A stretch of DNA of 64,000 nucleotides from Smithella sp. (GTDB lineage Bacteria > Desulfobacterota > Syntrophia > Syntrophales > Smithellaceae), in the NCBI GenBank assembly GCA_017993615.1, contig JAGOMJ010000007.1, positions 1,587-65,586 of the forward strand, read 5' to 3'. This document shows positions 1 to 9,499 of this stretch, piece by piece; the stretch's first letter is position 1; every line of letters begins with the position of its first letter. Below the pieces are notes generated by a model that did no database searches, had not been told where the DNA came from, and was given only the letters and a program-made list of their open reading frames with translations. A program made the position numbers and the translations under genes.

Positions 1-1
1 A

Positions 2-1693
2 CTGATGGCCTGCCGTGTAGGGGTCCCGCGCTTCCAGGGCGGAAATGAGCACCTGTATGGTGGTACCGACGGCCTTTTTCAGGCTCTCCAGTGTTTTTTG
101 CAGCTTTTCATCGGCTATTTTTCTCTCCGTTATATCGTGGGCAATGCCTCTGAATCCTTTCGGGTTACCCGAAGAATCTCTCAAAAGGGATATAAATCCT
201 TCAATATACTTTCTCGTGCCGTCTTTTCCACGGATTTGCCACTCCAGATCCCTGTAGGGTTCTCCGGTCATATAAACCTGATGGAAGGCGCGATACACTT
301 TTTTCCGTTCTTCCGCGTCCGTGTAGATTTTATTACTCATGCCCGTCAATTCGTCTCTGGAGTATCCAAGGACCCGGCACACAGTATCATTAAAGAACGT
401 AAAGTTTCCGAAGAGGTCGGTTTCAAAATAGCCTTCCTTGATGTCCTCCAGAATCGTCCTGTACTTCTCTTCACTCTGACGCAGTTTATCTTCCGCTATT
501 TTGCGATCCGTGATATTTCTCGCCTCACCTAAAATGGAAATCGGTTCATTATTTTCATTGCGTATAAAATTAAAGGAACATTCCCCCCATATCGTTTTAC
601 CTTCTTTAGTCCGGAATTCCAGTTCCAGTGTTCTATATTGAGAATCCAGAGAAGCCAGATTAAAGGCTTTCGGCATCCTATTGGTAATAAACTCCATGGC
701 TTTTCTGACCGACTCGGGAGTAAGCAGTTGATCCAAAGGCAATATTTTTATTTCTTCAAACGAATATCCCGTGATTCTTTCCACGGACGGGCTGACATAA
801 GTAATCTGCATGTTCATATCCATCATCCAGACCTGATCTTTCATGTGATCGGCCAGAAGACGGTATTTTTCCTCACTCGCCTTCAGAGCTTCTTGAGCAA
901 GTTTGCGGTCGGTGATATCCCGGGTTTCTCCCAAAAGAGATACCGGTTTCCCATTTTTATCGCGGATAAAATGCAGGCGGTTCTCGATCCATATTTTATG
1001 GCCGTCCTTGTGATAGGCTTCCAGTTCCATGATGTAGTTCGTGCCGGTTGGAGGAGGCTTGCTGTTCATCGCTTTCTCCAATTCTTTCATGAATGTTTCC
1101 ACGACTTTCCTGTAGGAGTCTGCCGTAAAAAGTTGCCTCATTTTGATCTGGCTGATTTCATCCAGAGCATATCCGTATATTTTCTCCACGGAAGGACTGA
1201 TGTAGATAAGGTTGAGGTTCAAATCCATAACCCAGACATGTTCCGAGATGTTGTCCGCCAACAGCCGGTAGAGCGCTTCACTTTCTCTCAGTGCCTCTTC
1301 CGCCTGCTTACGTTCGGTGATATCATGAACAATGCCTTTGAAACCTGTTGGTTTCCCCGAAGCATCCTTGATCAAGGATACGGAGGTTTCAATATATTTT
1401 TTATTTCCGTCTTTCCTGATGAGCTGCCAATCGAACGCTTTGGTCGATTCTCCCGTTTTATAGACCCTGTTGAAGGTCTCAAAAAGTTTTTTTGCATTTT
1501 CTTTGTCGGTAAATTGACGGTTATTCATTCCCCGCATTTCATCCGGAGCATATCCCAGAATCCGGCACATCGCCTTGTTGAAGAATGTAAAGTTGCCGGC
1601 AAGATCCACTTCATAGTATCCCTCTTCAATGGCTTCCAGAAGGGATCCGTATTGTTCTTCGTTTTCACTTGACTGTCTGTTTTGCTGTTCCAT
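2..1693 (-). CDS. multi-PAS sensor protein with C-terminal HD-GYP-type domain (C-terminus runs off the left window edge)
   Basis: My own translation of the minus strand from ATG 1693 (AGGA about 7 nt upstream) is stop-free down to nt 2. It shows four PAS-like modules joined by linkers of the type DITERKQAEEALRESEALYRLL / DITDRKLAQEALKASEEKYRLL and ends ...ALEARDPYTAGHQ, the start of an HD/HD-GYP domain. It is absent from the ORF track because there is no stop inside the window. Plus-strand ORFs 5..532 and 638..1672 are its antisense shadows. Confidence 0.8.
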   Translation of the reverse strand, partial: MEQQNRQSSENEEQYGSLLEAIEEGYYEVDLAGNFTFFNKAMCRILGYAPDEMRGMNNRQFTDKENAKKLFETFNRVYKTGESTKAFDWQLIRKDGNKKYIETSVSLIKDASGKPTGFKGIVHDITERKQAEEALRESEALYRLLADNISEHVWVMDLNLNLIYISPSVEKIYGYALDEISQIKMRQLFTADSYRKVVETFMKELEKAMNSKPPPTGTNYIMELEAYHKDGHKIWIENRLHFIRDKNGKPVSLLGETRDITDRKLAQEALKASEEKYRLLADHMKDQVWMMDMNMQITYVSPSVERITGYSFEEIKILPLDQLLTPESVRKAMEFITNRMPKAFNLASLDSQYRTLELEFRTKEGKTIWGECSFNFIRNENNEPISILGEARNITDRKIAEDKLRQSEEKYRTILEDIKEGYFETDLFGNFTFFNDTVCRVLGYSRDELTGMSNKIYTDAEERKKVYRAFHQVYMTGEPYRDLEWQIRGKDGTRKYIEGFISLLRDSSGNPKGFRGIAHDITERKIADEKLQKTLESLKKAVGTTIQVLISALEARDPYTAGHQ

Positions 1694-1978
1694 TTTTTCC
1701 TGTCTTCCTTACATGTGGAAATGGCGCCGATCAATGTCGGGTTCAGACCTTTATTCATTCATCATGAAAACGGTATATAAATAAAGGTTTTGTGTCAAAG
1801 AATAAAATTCCGGATACTTTCAGTTTTGGATATTGAAACGTATCATCCGATTGTTATTCAGAAAGACCACGATGACGCTATTTCCCCAATACCGTCAGAA
1901 CGGTGAAACAATATACCTTGCATCAACATCGGCCTGTTCACACAAATGATCAAATTTTATATACCGTTTTGATATCCA

Positions 1979-2179
1979 TCACGTTCTGACTGTTTTCCTG
2001 AATTCTCTGTGATTGAACGCCTCCAGCAGTTCCGTATCAGACATTTCATTGTACCCTTTCCAGCCGTTATGAAGAATACGCACCAGAAATTTGATGCTCT
2101 TTTCCTGCGACAAGCCATCCAAATCAGAATCTACCAGTTTTTTAATGATCTCCTCCCTGCTGATTTCATTTTTTGTCAT
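1979..2179 (-). CDS. small hypothetical protein (66 aa)
   Basis: Complete ORF with a GGGAGGA Shine-Dalgarno about 8 nt upstream of the ATG. No recognisable family. Confidence 0.5.
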   Translation of the reverse strand: MTKNEISREEIIKKLVDSDLDGLSQEKSIKFLVRILHNGWKGYNEMSDTELLEAFNHREFRKTVRT

Positions 2180-2341
2180 AAACCTGTTCCTCCCTGATAA
2201 AAAATAAACCGGACATCACAACAGGATTTATTAATCAGTGCACGACAACTTCACGGAAGGTTGAATGGTTAAATAATTTACATCTATGATACTGGTTATA
2301 TTAAGTTTAGCACGGCTTTTCTGAAAAATCCAGCAGCTGAT

Positions 2342-3574
2342 CTAAATATTATCCCGCTCCTTGTTCAGAATATAGACGAACGCGATTTTAAGTGTGGCTT
2401 CAACAGCTTCCGGCTCGATATGCTCAACGTTGTCCTGAAGAGTGTGATAGACCATTCCGTCCCGGATTAAATTCGTCGGCATACCGATGAGCGTTGTCGC
2501 TTCTACGCCTGCCTTGGCAAATTCCGCCGCATCCGTGGCGCCGCCTCCGGGCGTTATTGCAAAGAGCCGCGTCCGGTATCCGAGTTGATCAGCCACTGCC
2601 TTGCATTCCCGGGCCATGTTTTTAGACAGACGAACGACGCTGTTAATATCTCTAGTGAGAAACTGGAGTTCACCGAGGTTGTAGATGCTGTCGATATTGA
2701 AATGATACGTCGGCATCTTCAGCAAGGCGCCTCGATGCCGTTTTACAAAAGCCCGCGCGCCTCGAAGACCGGCCTCTTCCGCATCGGCGCTTAGAAACAT
2801 CAGACGGGTATTTTTCAGAAGCCCCGCACCGTTTTGCCTTGCCCTGTTGAAAATTTCCGCAAGTTTAATAATCGCCGCGACTGCAATCATGTTATCACCG
2901 GCTCCCGGAGTGCCCTTCTCACTTATAAAGAAATACATCGGGGCAACAAAAATCAGACCGGCAAAAACACCGTAGCGTAAATAGGGGACGAAGGCGGGAT
3001 CGGCGCCGCTATAGGACCGGTGATACACCCAAATCCAGGAGAGAACCAATGCGGCAAAAATGATTATGACGGCCGTCATGATCCGGACGGCATATAATTT
3101 CTGATGATGTGCGAGAAACCTGAATTCATGCGCGCTGTCGTGATGCCCGCTCAGGATGATCTGTTGTTTGACCTCGCCTTCCGGTTCTATGGTTCCGATA
3201 ACGTTGTACCCTTTCATTTTCCTGTAAAAAGGATCCAGCATTTCCCAGTAAAATATTGATTCGCCCAACATGATGAAAGCACCCAAAAGGTAGCCGGCCG
3301 CACCGGCAACGACATAATCAAAATACAGCAAAAACGAGGACAGGATGTAGATCACGACGACAACCTTGAAAAACCCCAGAAACGCTTTGGGGTGAATATC
3401 AAATTCCTCCATGCTTACGGAATCGCAGTGCTTATTCATTTCATTCATAATGAGAACAGCCGCTTTTTTACAGGATTCACTCCCTGCGAGACGCGCACCG
3501 GATTCCTCTATAATGTTCCCGGTAAAACAAAGCGTTTCCTGAACATCAGCCGGTGTAATTTTTATGTCTTCCAC
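2342..3574 (-). CDS. M28-family zinc metallopeptidase with membrane-spanning insertions
   Basis: Motifs SGHHDSAHE, GAGDNMIAVA, SADAEEAGLRGARAF, GGGATDAAEF and YHTLQD match the M28 aminopeptidase metal-ligand pattern. Several long hydrophobic stretches interrupt the catalytic domain. Confidence 0.75.
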   Translation of the reverse strand: MEDIKITPADVQETLCFTGNIIEESGARLAGSESCKKAAVLIMNEMNKHCDSVSMEEFDIHPKAFLGFFKVVVVIYILSSFLLYFDYVVAGAAGYLLGAFIMLGESIFYWEMLDPFYRKMKGYNVIGTIEPEGEVKQQIILSGHHDSAHEFRFLAHHQKLYAVRIMTAVIIIFAALVLSWIWVYHRSYSGADPAFVPYLRYGVFAGLIFVAPMYFFISEKGTPGAGDNMIAVAAIIKLAEIFNRARQNGAGLLKNTRLMFLSADAEEAGLRGARAFVKRHRGALLKMPTYHFNIDSIYNLGELQFLTRDINSVVRLSKNMARECKAVADQLGYRTRLFAITPGGGATDAAEFAKAGVEATTLIGMPTNLIRDGMVYHTLQDNVEHIEPEAVEATLKIAFVYILNKERDNI

Positions 3575-3728
3575 AGTATGCCTCCTGGTTTCTGAAAATT
3601 AAAACCGATCTGCCCATAAATGCTGAAGCTTTCCCGAACTATTTTCTATTATGGTGCTTTACGTAACATAAAAGACGGAAAGAAAGAAGTGATGAATTCG
3701 GCTGGCGACAATCCCGGAAGTGCTTACT

Positions 3729-3770
3729 GAAAAAAAGACCAGCCTCGATCTTTGAAAATCAAGGCTGGTC
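3729..3770 (-). terminator. rho-independent terminator of the 3800..4381 gene
   Basis: On the minus strand, GACCAGCC(3763-3770)/GGCTGGTC(3737-3744) form an 8-bp stem followed by a T-run (plus-strand A-run 3730-3736). Confidence 0.6.
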
Positions 3771-3799
3771 GTATATCCCACGTCTTAGCGGTTGACTCG

Positions 3800-4381
3800 T
3801 TAACGTCTGTCTCTTCTTTCGGACGTCCTGAAATCACCTCGGCTTTTGACGTTATGCTGCATCGCGGGCTTCGTCATGGCCGGTCGCGTGTTGCTTCTGT
3901 ATTGCGGCGCAGGGGCTCTCTTTGTTATTTTTTTAACTCCATAGCTTTGTTTATCCCAGTGCCGGTTTTTCTCCCAGACATGCCAATTGCGTTGGATGTC
4001 CTGATATGACCTCCGCTGGGGTTCCCAGCGATATCCATTCCACGTTTTATGCCTGTAATTCTGTCGCCAATCGGCAGGAACATATCTCTGGAAAGACGGC
4101 TGATAGGGATGATAAGCCCAATCTCTGTCGTAGTATCTTGATCGGTACCAGCGGTTATTCCAAGGACGCCACCACCAGCCCGCGTGAAAAAATATGTCTT
4201 CTCCAATGTCGGCTACGGCATAGACATCAGTGTCCGGTATGACCACCAGATGTGGCGGCGACGGAAAGACAACCGGTAGAGGCAAAGGAATATTCACATG
4301 GACCCTTACATCGGCCATTGCCGAAACCGGCATCAATACAATCAGCGTCAGCAACAGAGCCTTGTAAACCTTATTTTTCAT
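3800..4381 (-). CDS. secreted hypothetical protein, Trp/Arg/Tyr-rich
   Basis: N-terminal signal peptide MKNKVYKALLLTLIVLMPVSAMA. The mature part has a biased W/R/Y-rich composition. A terminator lies downstream. Confidence 0.6.
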   Translation of the reverse strand: MKNKVYKALLLTLIVLMPVSAMADVRVHVNIPLPLPVVFPSPPHLVVIPDTDVYAVADIGEDIFFHAGWWWRPWNNRWYRSRYYDRDWAYHPYQPSFQRYVPADWRQNYRHKTWNGYRWEPQRRSYQDIQRNWHVWEKNRHWDKQSYGVKKITKRAPAPQYRSNTRPAMTKPAMQHNVKSRGDFRTSERRDRR

Positions 4382-4459
4382 TTTATGTTCTCCTTTTTGT
4401 TTATTCTAATAACATGTTGCATCATCCATATTTCCGGAATGAAAAAAACATCCGGCTCA

Positions 4460-4948
4460 TTACGGTAAGTAGAGGCAATTCCCATGACCATTCCATTGCT
4501 CACCCCTTTTCCCGCCGCGCGGACCGAATCCGCTTTTTTTGTTCCATCCGCATTTGGCCAGTTTTTCCTTCTGTTTGGGTGTCAAAATTTTGTTCACCTC
4601 AAAGCGGTAAGCGGTTTTATTATCCTCCAGTTGATCCCGCAGCACCCTTACTTCTTTTTGTTTGGCCATAATCTTGTTTTTATCCGGATCGACCTGCAGC
4701 CATAACTTACGCAATGCAGCAGATTTGTCGCGTATCTTTTCCCGCAGGGGGTGCACCGCCTTAAAATGCTGCAACTGCAAGGCATCAAGTTTTGTTTTCT
4801 GATCTTCAGTCACATTCAATTCTTCCAAAACGACTCCCCGACAATATCCGGACTTTTTCCCCGGACCCGGCCCCCACGCAAATGCCTGAGACGTCAAAAG
4901 CAACCCCAGAAATACGGCGATCATTGTAAATGTTATTTTCTTCATCAC
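4460..4948 (-). CDS. periplasmic Spy/CpxP-family (LTXXQ-motif) protein
   Basis: Signal peptide MMKKITFTMIAVFLGLLLTSQAFA. LNVTEDQ and LTPKQ (LTXXQ-like) motifs sit in a helical, K/E-rich protein of typical size. Confidence 0.6.
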   Translation of the reverse strand: MMKKITFTMIAVFLGLLLTSQAFAWGPGPGKKSGYCRGVVLEELNVTEDQKTKLDALQLQHFKAVHPLREKIRDKSAALRKLWLQVDPDKNKIMAKQKEVRVLRDQLEDNKTAYRFEVNKILTPKQKEKLAKCGWNKKSGFGPRGGKRGEQWNGHGNCLYLP

Positions 4949-5511
4949 TTGTCTCCTTTTTTTAAAGTTACCCTCTTGAACAGCAAAGCCCGTGCCATAA
5001 AATGTAAGCGATTGTAATAATTAAACTAATTAGTTTTATCGCTATTTTCCTAACATCATTTTACAGATCATGGGTGGGCATATTGTACCCATTTCGGATA
5101 CAAAACCGGACCCATCGTAACCACAAATGACTATCAGGTAAGAATCTCTTAACTTGTCGGCAAATGTTCAGTTTCTCATTTTTTAAAACGTCGAAGTTGT
5201 AAAACAAAGCAAATTGGTAGGATATGCCTTTTCTGATGATATGGGTTTGTTTTCAAAGACAAAGGGTAGTAAAAAAAGCTCTCATTGAAAAAAAGGTATC
5301 CTCGCCACTATACATACAGGATGGGATGCATAGCTTAGACACCTTGGGGGGATTCGGCGAGGATGATTTCTTATAATACAAATATAATAATTTATCAACC
5401 TATATAAAATAAAATTTTCCGCCACCCTGTTATTATCACATAACATCACAGAAACCGGAGTGAAAAAAAACAGGCCCTGTGCATAACGATTCCGGATATC
5501 GGCCATTTTCA

Positions 5512-6066
5512 TCAGGGGCAGGCGCCCCGCTCCCTGGCCCATGACAATAATTCGCAGTTTTTCAGTTCGCATGCTTTTTGCGCATCATTACAGCACTGCT
5601 TTTTGTCGCCCTGAAGAAAATAAACAATGCCCCGGTTATTGTACGCATCGGCATAATCAGGCTTCAGACTGATGGCATGGTTAAAGTTATTGATGGCTCG
5701 CTGATATTGCCCAAGATTGGCGTACGCCACGCCCATCTTGTCAAATATTTTCGTCAAAGAATTTTCATCGTTTGTAAAAAGCAACGCCAGATTATAATCC
5801 TGTATTGCACGTTGATAGTCGCCCGTCTGATTGTACGCCATGCCTCTGCTGATGTAAGCGTTTGCATAATTCGGCTGTTGTTCAATGGCCTTGTCGAGAT
5901 ATGCCATGGCTTCTTTCACTTCAATAAATTTTTTCCCGTCCCATAAACCATCCGCTCTGTTAAACCAGTCAGCAGCTGTAGACGTTTCACCCATGGCAAG
6001 AGAGCCGGAAAATATTATCATCAATAAAACGTATACGATATTTCTGAACATTTCAATCTGCCCCAC
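5512..6066 (-). CDS. secreted tetratricopeptide (TPR) repeat protein
   Basis: Signal-peptide-like N-terminus. Repeated TPR signatures (AYISRGMAYNQTGDYQRAIQDYN, MGVAYANLGQYQRAINNFNHAISLKPDYADAYNNRG). Confidence 0.8.
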   Translation of the reverse strand: MGQIEMFRNIVYVLLMIIFSGSLAMGETSTAADWFNRADGLWDGKKFIEVKEAMAYLDKAIEQQPNYANAYISRGMAYNQTGDYQRAIQDYNLALLFTNDENSLTKIFDKMGVAYANLGQYQRAINNFNHAISLKPDYADAYNNRGIVYFLQGDKKQCCNDAQKACELKNCELLSWARERGACP

Positions 6067-6292
6067 GGCAATCTTGCGGTTTTTGTTTTTTCAGGAAAAG
6101 AGTCAAACATTGTGCGACGTAAGCGTTCCTCCTCTATTGCATTACAGGCAAATCCCTTTTTCATATTTATGTGCCAAATGATTGTTACAATTGTACACCG
6201 ACCCGTGTCAAATTCAAATCCTCCTTGACCACAAAAAAGAATCGACCGGTAGAATATCTGATCGGCCACCTTCTAAATTTGTGGAACGTTTT

Positions 6293-7192
6293 TCATTTTC
6301 GCCAATCCAGCCACATAATATAAACAATCATAAAAATGCTGTATATTGCGGAGGGAATGGCCGCTTCCTTCTCAAAAAGCGTGATGGCCAGTCCTCCCGC
6401 AATGCCCTGATTTTTCAGCGTTCCCAAAAGAAGAAGACTGACCATATTTTTTTTGTCGATTCTGCAAAAAGCACAAATTCTTTGAATGAACCATCCTAAA
6501 ACAAACGTTGTACAAAAAGAAATGACCGCTACGGAAAAGACCGTTAAAGGATTACTGAAAATCAAATCACGGTTTACGCCGATCATGGAATATAAAACAA
6601 TAAAAAAACCCCAGTCGGTCAGAAAACCACGAACAGAAGAGAGTTTCTCCTGCCAATTGAAATAGAGAATCAGCCGGGACAGTATCAGCGGCAAAACAAT
6701 GAGCAGGAGCATAATTTGCAGAAGTTTATAGGGATCTTCAAACACGGTCCCGATAAAAATCCATAAAATGACCGGCATGATCAGCAAGGCGGCAATGTAA
6801 GATGCAACGGTGCCGGACAGTGTGTAATCAACATTACCTTCCAGTATTGCCGTGAACGGAATCACTGCCACCGCGGGCGGCACGGACGCAATAAGAACAA
6901 AGCCAATCCACAGATTTTTATCTTCAATGAGCAAAGCCGACAAACACAACAGGACACCGGCCAGAATGATATAACTCATAAACATTCCGGCAAGGGATGG
7001 TTTCAGTATGGCACGCGGATTCAGAAAGTAATTATTGGGAACATTGACCGTTGCCAGCGTCATCACCAATGCCAGGGCGGGAATCATCAAAACTTTGGTC
7101 CATTCCGCCGGCTGCGGCAAAAAAAGACCCAAGATCATCGCAAGAATAAAAATAAAATTACGATTATTCAGAACTTTCATCGCCATTAGCAT
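6293..7192 (-). CDS. polytopic membrane transporter, bile acid:Na+ symporter/ACR3-like fold (tentative)
   Basis: 299 aa with about 9-10 hydrophobic segments. The GTLKNQGIAGGLA motif resembles BASS/ACR3-type carriers. Family assignment is uncertain. Confidence 0.55.
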   Translation of the reverse strand: MLMAMKVLNNRNFIFILAMILGLFLPQPAEWTKVLMIPALALVMTLATVNVPNNYFLNPRAILKPSLAGMFMSYIILAGVLLCLSALLIEDKNLWIGFVLIASVPPAVAVIPFTAILEGNVDYTLSGTVASYIAALLIMPVILWIFIGTVFEDPYKLLQIMLLLIVLPLILSRLILYFNWQEKLSSVRGFLTDWGFFIVLYSMIGVNRDLIFSNPLTVFSVAVISFCTTFVLGWFIQRICAFCRIDKKNMVSLLLLGTLKNQGIAGGLAITLFEKEAAIPSAIYSIFMIVYIMWLDWRK

Positions 7193-7519
7193 AGGATGTC
7201 CTCTCCGGATTCGACAAGATACATAAGGTCGTCGCCTGCTCTGCGCAAAAGGGAAAGTTTCATAGCGTTGCCGGGTAAAAAGACCCTTCCATGCAATAGT
7301 CCGCCTGACGTCTGTGTCCTATAAATAATTTCGGAAATATGTTCCGGAAAACTGAAAAAGCGGGAAAGATTCGGGTTGGTTCACCGCTACACTGTCACAC
7401 GAGACAATGACTCCTTCTCGCTGTTTGTTTTTTCAGCCGTTTAAATTATGTTCCCAGACTCACTTCATCCGCGCTATTGCCGGTCCCCTTCCGGCGACAC
7501 ATTCTTCAATCAATTCTTT

Positions 7520-7548
7520 AAAAAAACAATGCCGGGGTTCTGCCGGCA
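7520..7548 (-). terminator. rho-independent terminator of the 7573..7788 gene
   Basis: Minus strand reads TGCCGGCAGAACCCCGGCA, then TTG, then TTTTTTT: a 6-bp GC stem with a 7-nt loop and a T-run. Confidence 0.6.
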
Positions 7549-7572
7549 GAATAGGAGCGCCACACATTTTCT

Positions 7573-7788
7573 TTATGACGAGGCAGAACCTTCTTCGGTA
7601 CTTTGCGTTTTCTCATCTTCCTGTTTCATGGCTTCCCGCTTTGCTCGATCCTTATTAAGCTCCTGCAGCAGGTCATTGGTATAATGCAGCAATCGTTCCG
7701 CTTCGCTTTCCAGTTTTCGCATTCCCTTTTCCAGGGCATCGCCTTCCAGCTCAATGTCGATTAAGTCATCATCAATTTCTTCATTCAT
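7573..7788 (-). CDS. small acidic coiled-coil protein (71 aa)
   Basis: Complete ORF with its own terminator. Strongly acidic, heptad-like sequence. No recognised family. Confidence 0.5.
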   Translation of the reverse strand: MNEEIDDDLIDIELEGDALEKGMRKLESEAERLLHYTNDLLQELNKDRAKREAMKQEDEKTQSTEEGSASS

Positions 7789-7970
7789 TATGACTACTCC
7801 CTTTCACAATCCGGTGGATCATCATTCGATCTCATCAGCCGGCCCACGTGGCCCGAAAACGATATTTTTTCCATAAAAATATTTCCGATTCTGAAGAATT
7901 TTTTTACGCACATTTCATCCTTTCAAAACGTTAATGCCCTCATGGAAACACTGTATCCCATACCAGTTTT

Positions 7971-8405
7971 CTACGATGTTTTCACCGAATCTTTTCTAGG
8001 GATCGAACGCCTAACCATCTCTTTTTGCTCATAGGCCAGACAAATAATCCGCCAACCGCCGTCACGACAGCATAATGTCAGAACATCAATACCTTTGCGA
8101 ATTTCTCTTTCTGCCGTCAGGATGTAATTGGCTTTGATGACGGCAATATTGCCGTGTCTGTTAATTTTTACATGATGCCATTTTTCATCAAATAATGCAT
8201 TTTCAGCGGCATATTCGCGTTGCTCCGTTATACCTTCGGTTATGCTGACAAATGAAACAGGGTTTCCCTTTTGCACCCGCACCATGATCGCCCGTTTATC
8301 AAACAAATCCATCCATTCATCCAAACGTTTTTGCGAATACAGCCGGGGATAAAGTTCAACAATGCTTTCAAGACTGTAGGGCTGCCGATCATTTCGTTTT
8401 TGCAT
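7971..8405 (-). CDS. NTF2/SnoaL-like (DUF4440-like) protein
   Basis: The size and pattern of the core (MQKRNDRQPY...GGWRIICLAYEQ) resemble the NTF2-like fold. I prefer the internal ATG at 8405, because the track start at 8516 would overlap the upstream gene and encodes an Arg/Ser-rich low-complexity extension. Confidence 0.45.
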   Translation of the reverse strand: MQKRNDRQPYSLESIVELYPRLYSQKRLDEWMDLFDKRAIMVRVQKGNPVSFVSITEGITEQREYAAENALFDEKWHHVKINRHGNIAVIKANYILTAEREIRKGIDVLTLCCRDGGWRIICLAYEQKEMVRRSIPRKDSVKTS

Positions 8406-8470
8406 AATTCCCTGTCTTTCGCGATGACCTGTTGCTCTGATTTTTTTTGAGTAAAAATGAAATACCCTTA

Positions 8471-8971
8471 TTATTTTTCCAGAACATGAACTTCTCCTGC
8501 TTCGTTGACCTGCCATTTTTTATTGACCTTCTGAAGACGGAATCGGATCACCAGCACTTCGTCATTTAGGACTCCATCGGCCTGAATCGCTTTTACATAC
8601 GCTGTGGCAACGGCTTGCGCTGCCGGAAGCTCAAGCGTTTCAATTTCCAGATCCTCGAGTTCGACCGAAAGATTTTTGTAATAGCCTCGGGCCGTCATCA
8701 GGTATACCGGAACATCATGTCGGACAACAGCCCTGGAAATTCCGTAGCTCGGAATATCAACCTGACAGTTTTCGGCCATCCCTTCCTGAATGCGTCTGAT
8801 GCGATGCGCCACCGCCAGTTCGTTTTCCCCTGTTGACCATTCCAGTTCTTTCGCCAGTGCCTGCAAATGTTTTTTAACCGCTCGGGCCTCCCAATCAACA
8901 AAAAATAAGAAATACACCGCAAAAGCCGAAACAAGAATCAATCCCATTGCCAGATATTTTCTTTTTACCAT
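8471..8971 (-). CDS. membrane-anchored hypothetical protein (NTF2-like C-terminal part?)
   Basis: N-terminal TM helix YLAMGLILVSAFAVYFLFFV followed by a soluble domain. Overlaps the lepB stop by 7 nt, suggesting an operon. Confidence 0.55.
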   Translation of the reverse strand: MVKRKYLAMGLILVSAFAVYFLFFVDWEARAVKKHLQALAKELEWSTGENELAVAHRIRRIQEGMAENCQVDIPSYGISRAVVRHDVPVYLMTARGYYKNLSVELEDLEIETLELPAAQAVATAYVKAIQADGVLNDEVLVIRFRLQKVNKKWQVNEAGEVHVLEK

Positions 8972-9462
8972 AACGGCACTCCCACGATACGGCTGACCGG
9001 CGCCTGTCCGAAGGTATGCGCTTCAGCAGGCATTGCGCGATTGTCTCCCACAACATACACGTGATCCGGTTTGACGATAATAGGTTCAAGGTTCCAGTTA
9101 CTTTTTTTCTTGACGTAGGGTTCATTAATTTTTTTGTCGTCCACGAAAAGAATCCCTTTGCTGAATTCAACGCGCTGCCCCGAAACCGCCACAACGCGCT
9201 TCAAAAGCATGATCCTTTGTCCCGCCATCCGCACCGTCACAACATCCGGCGGTGCCGGTGAGGCAAACATATAACGCAGGGCAAAACAGAAATTGAACGA
9301 TCCGGTAACATAGGTCGGCGCCATGCTCTCGCCCTGAATACGAAAAGGAATGAAAACATATTTAAACAGAATAAAAGCTACCGCAGCCACGGCGGCAAGG
9401 CGCAGCACATAGCGAGCGGTTATGTCAGGGAAGAAGAATCTTCTGATGGCCGTTTTGTTCAT
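8965..9462 (-). CDS. lepB: signal peptidase I
   Basis: S26 motifs GESMAPTY, LLKRVVAVSGQRVEF and VYVVGDNRAMP. Start placed at ATG 9462 (MNKTAIRRFFF, then a TM helix). The track start at 9513 is a TTG with no SD and would overlap the upstream small ORF. Confidence 0.85.
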   Translation of the reverse strand: MNKTAIRRFFFPDITARYVLRLAAVAAVAFILFKYVFIPFRIQGESMAPTYVTGSFNFCFALRYMFASPAPPDVVTVRMAGQRIMLLKRVVAVSGQRVEFSKGILFVDDKKINEPYVKKKSNWNLEPIIVKPDHVYVVGDNRAMPAEAHTFGQAPVSRIVGVPLW

Positions 9463-9499
9463 GAATCCTTGACGCTTTTTGGGAAATCTTTCCTCTTGT

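Noticed and set aside
5-1672. Plus-strand track ORFs 5..532 (175 aa) and 638..1672 (344 aa)
   Set aside because: They have low-complexity, Phe/Arg/His-rich, non-protein-like sequence. They lie exactly antisense to a stop-free minus-strand frame that encodes clear PAS domains, so they are antisense shadows.
5065-5095. Possible sigma54 promoter (TGGGTAC-N-ATGC) upstream of the Spy/CpxP-like gene
   Set aside because: The GG-to-GC spacing is one nt short of the consensus TGGCAC-N5-TTGC and several consensus positions mismatch. It is not reportable.
5282-5572. 96-aa minus-strand track ORF overlapping the 3' end of the TPR gene
   Set aside because: It overlaps the TPR coding end, runs through an AT-rich non-coding gap, and has no SD or recognisable features.
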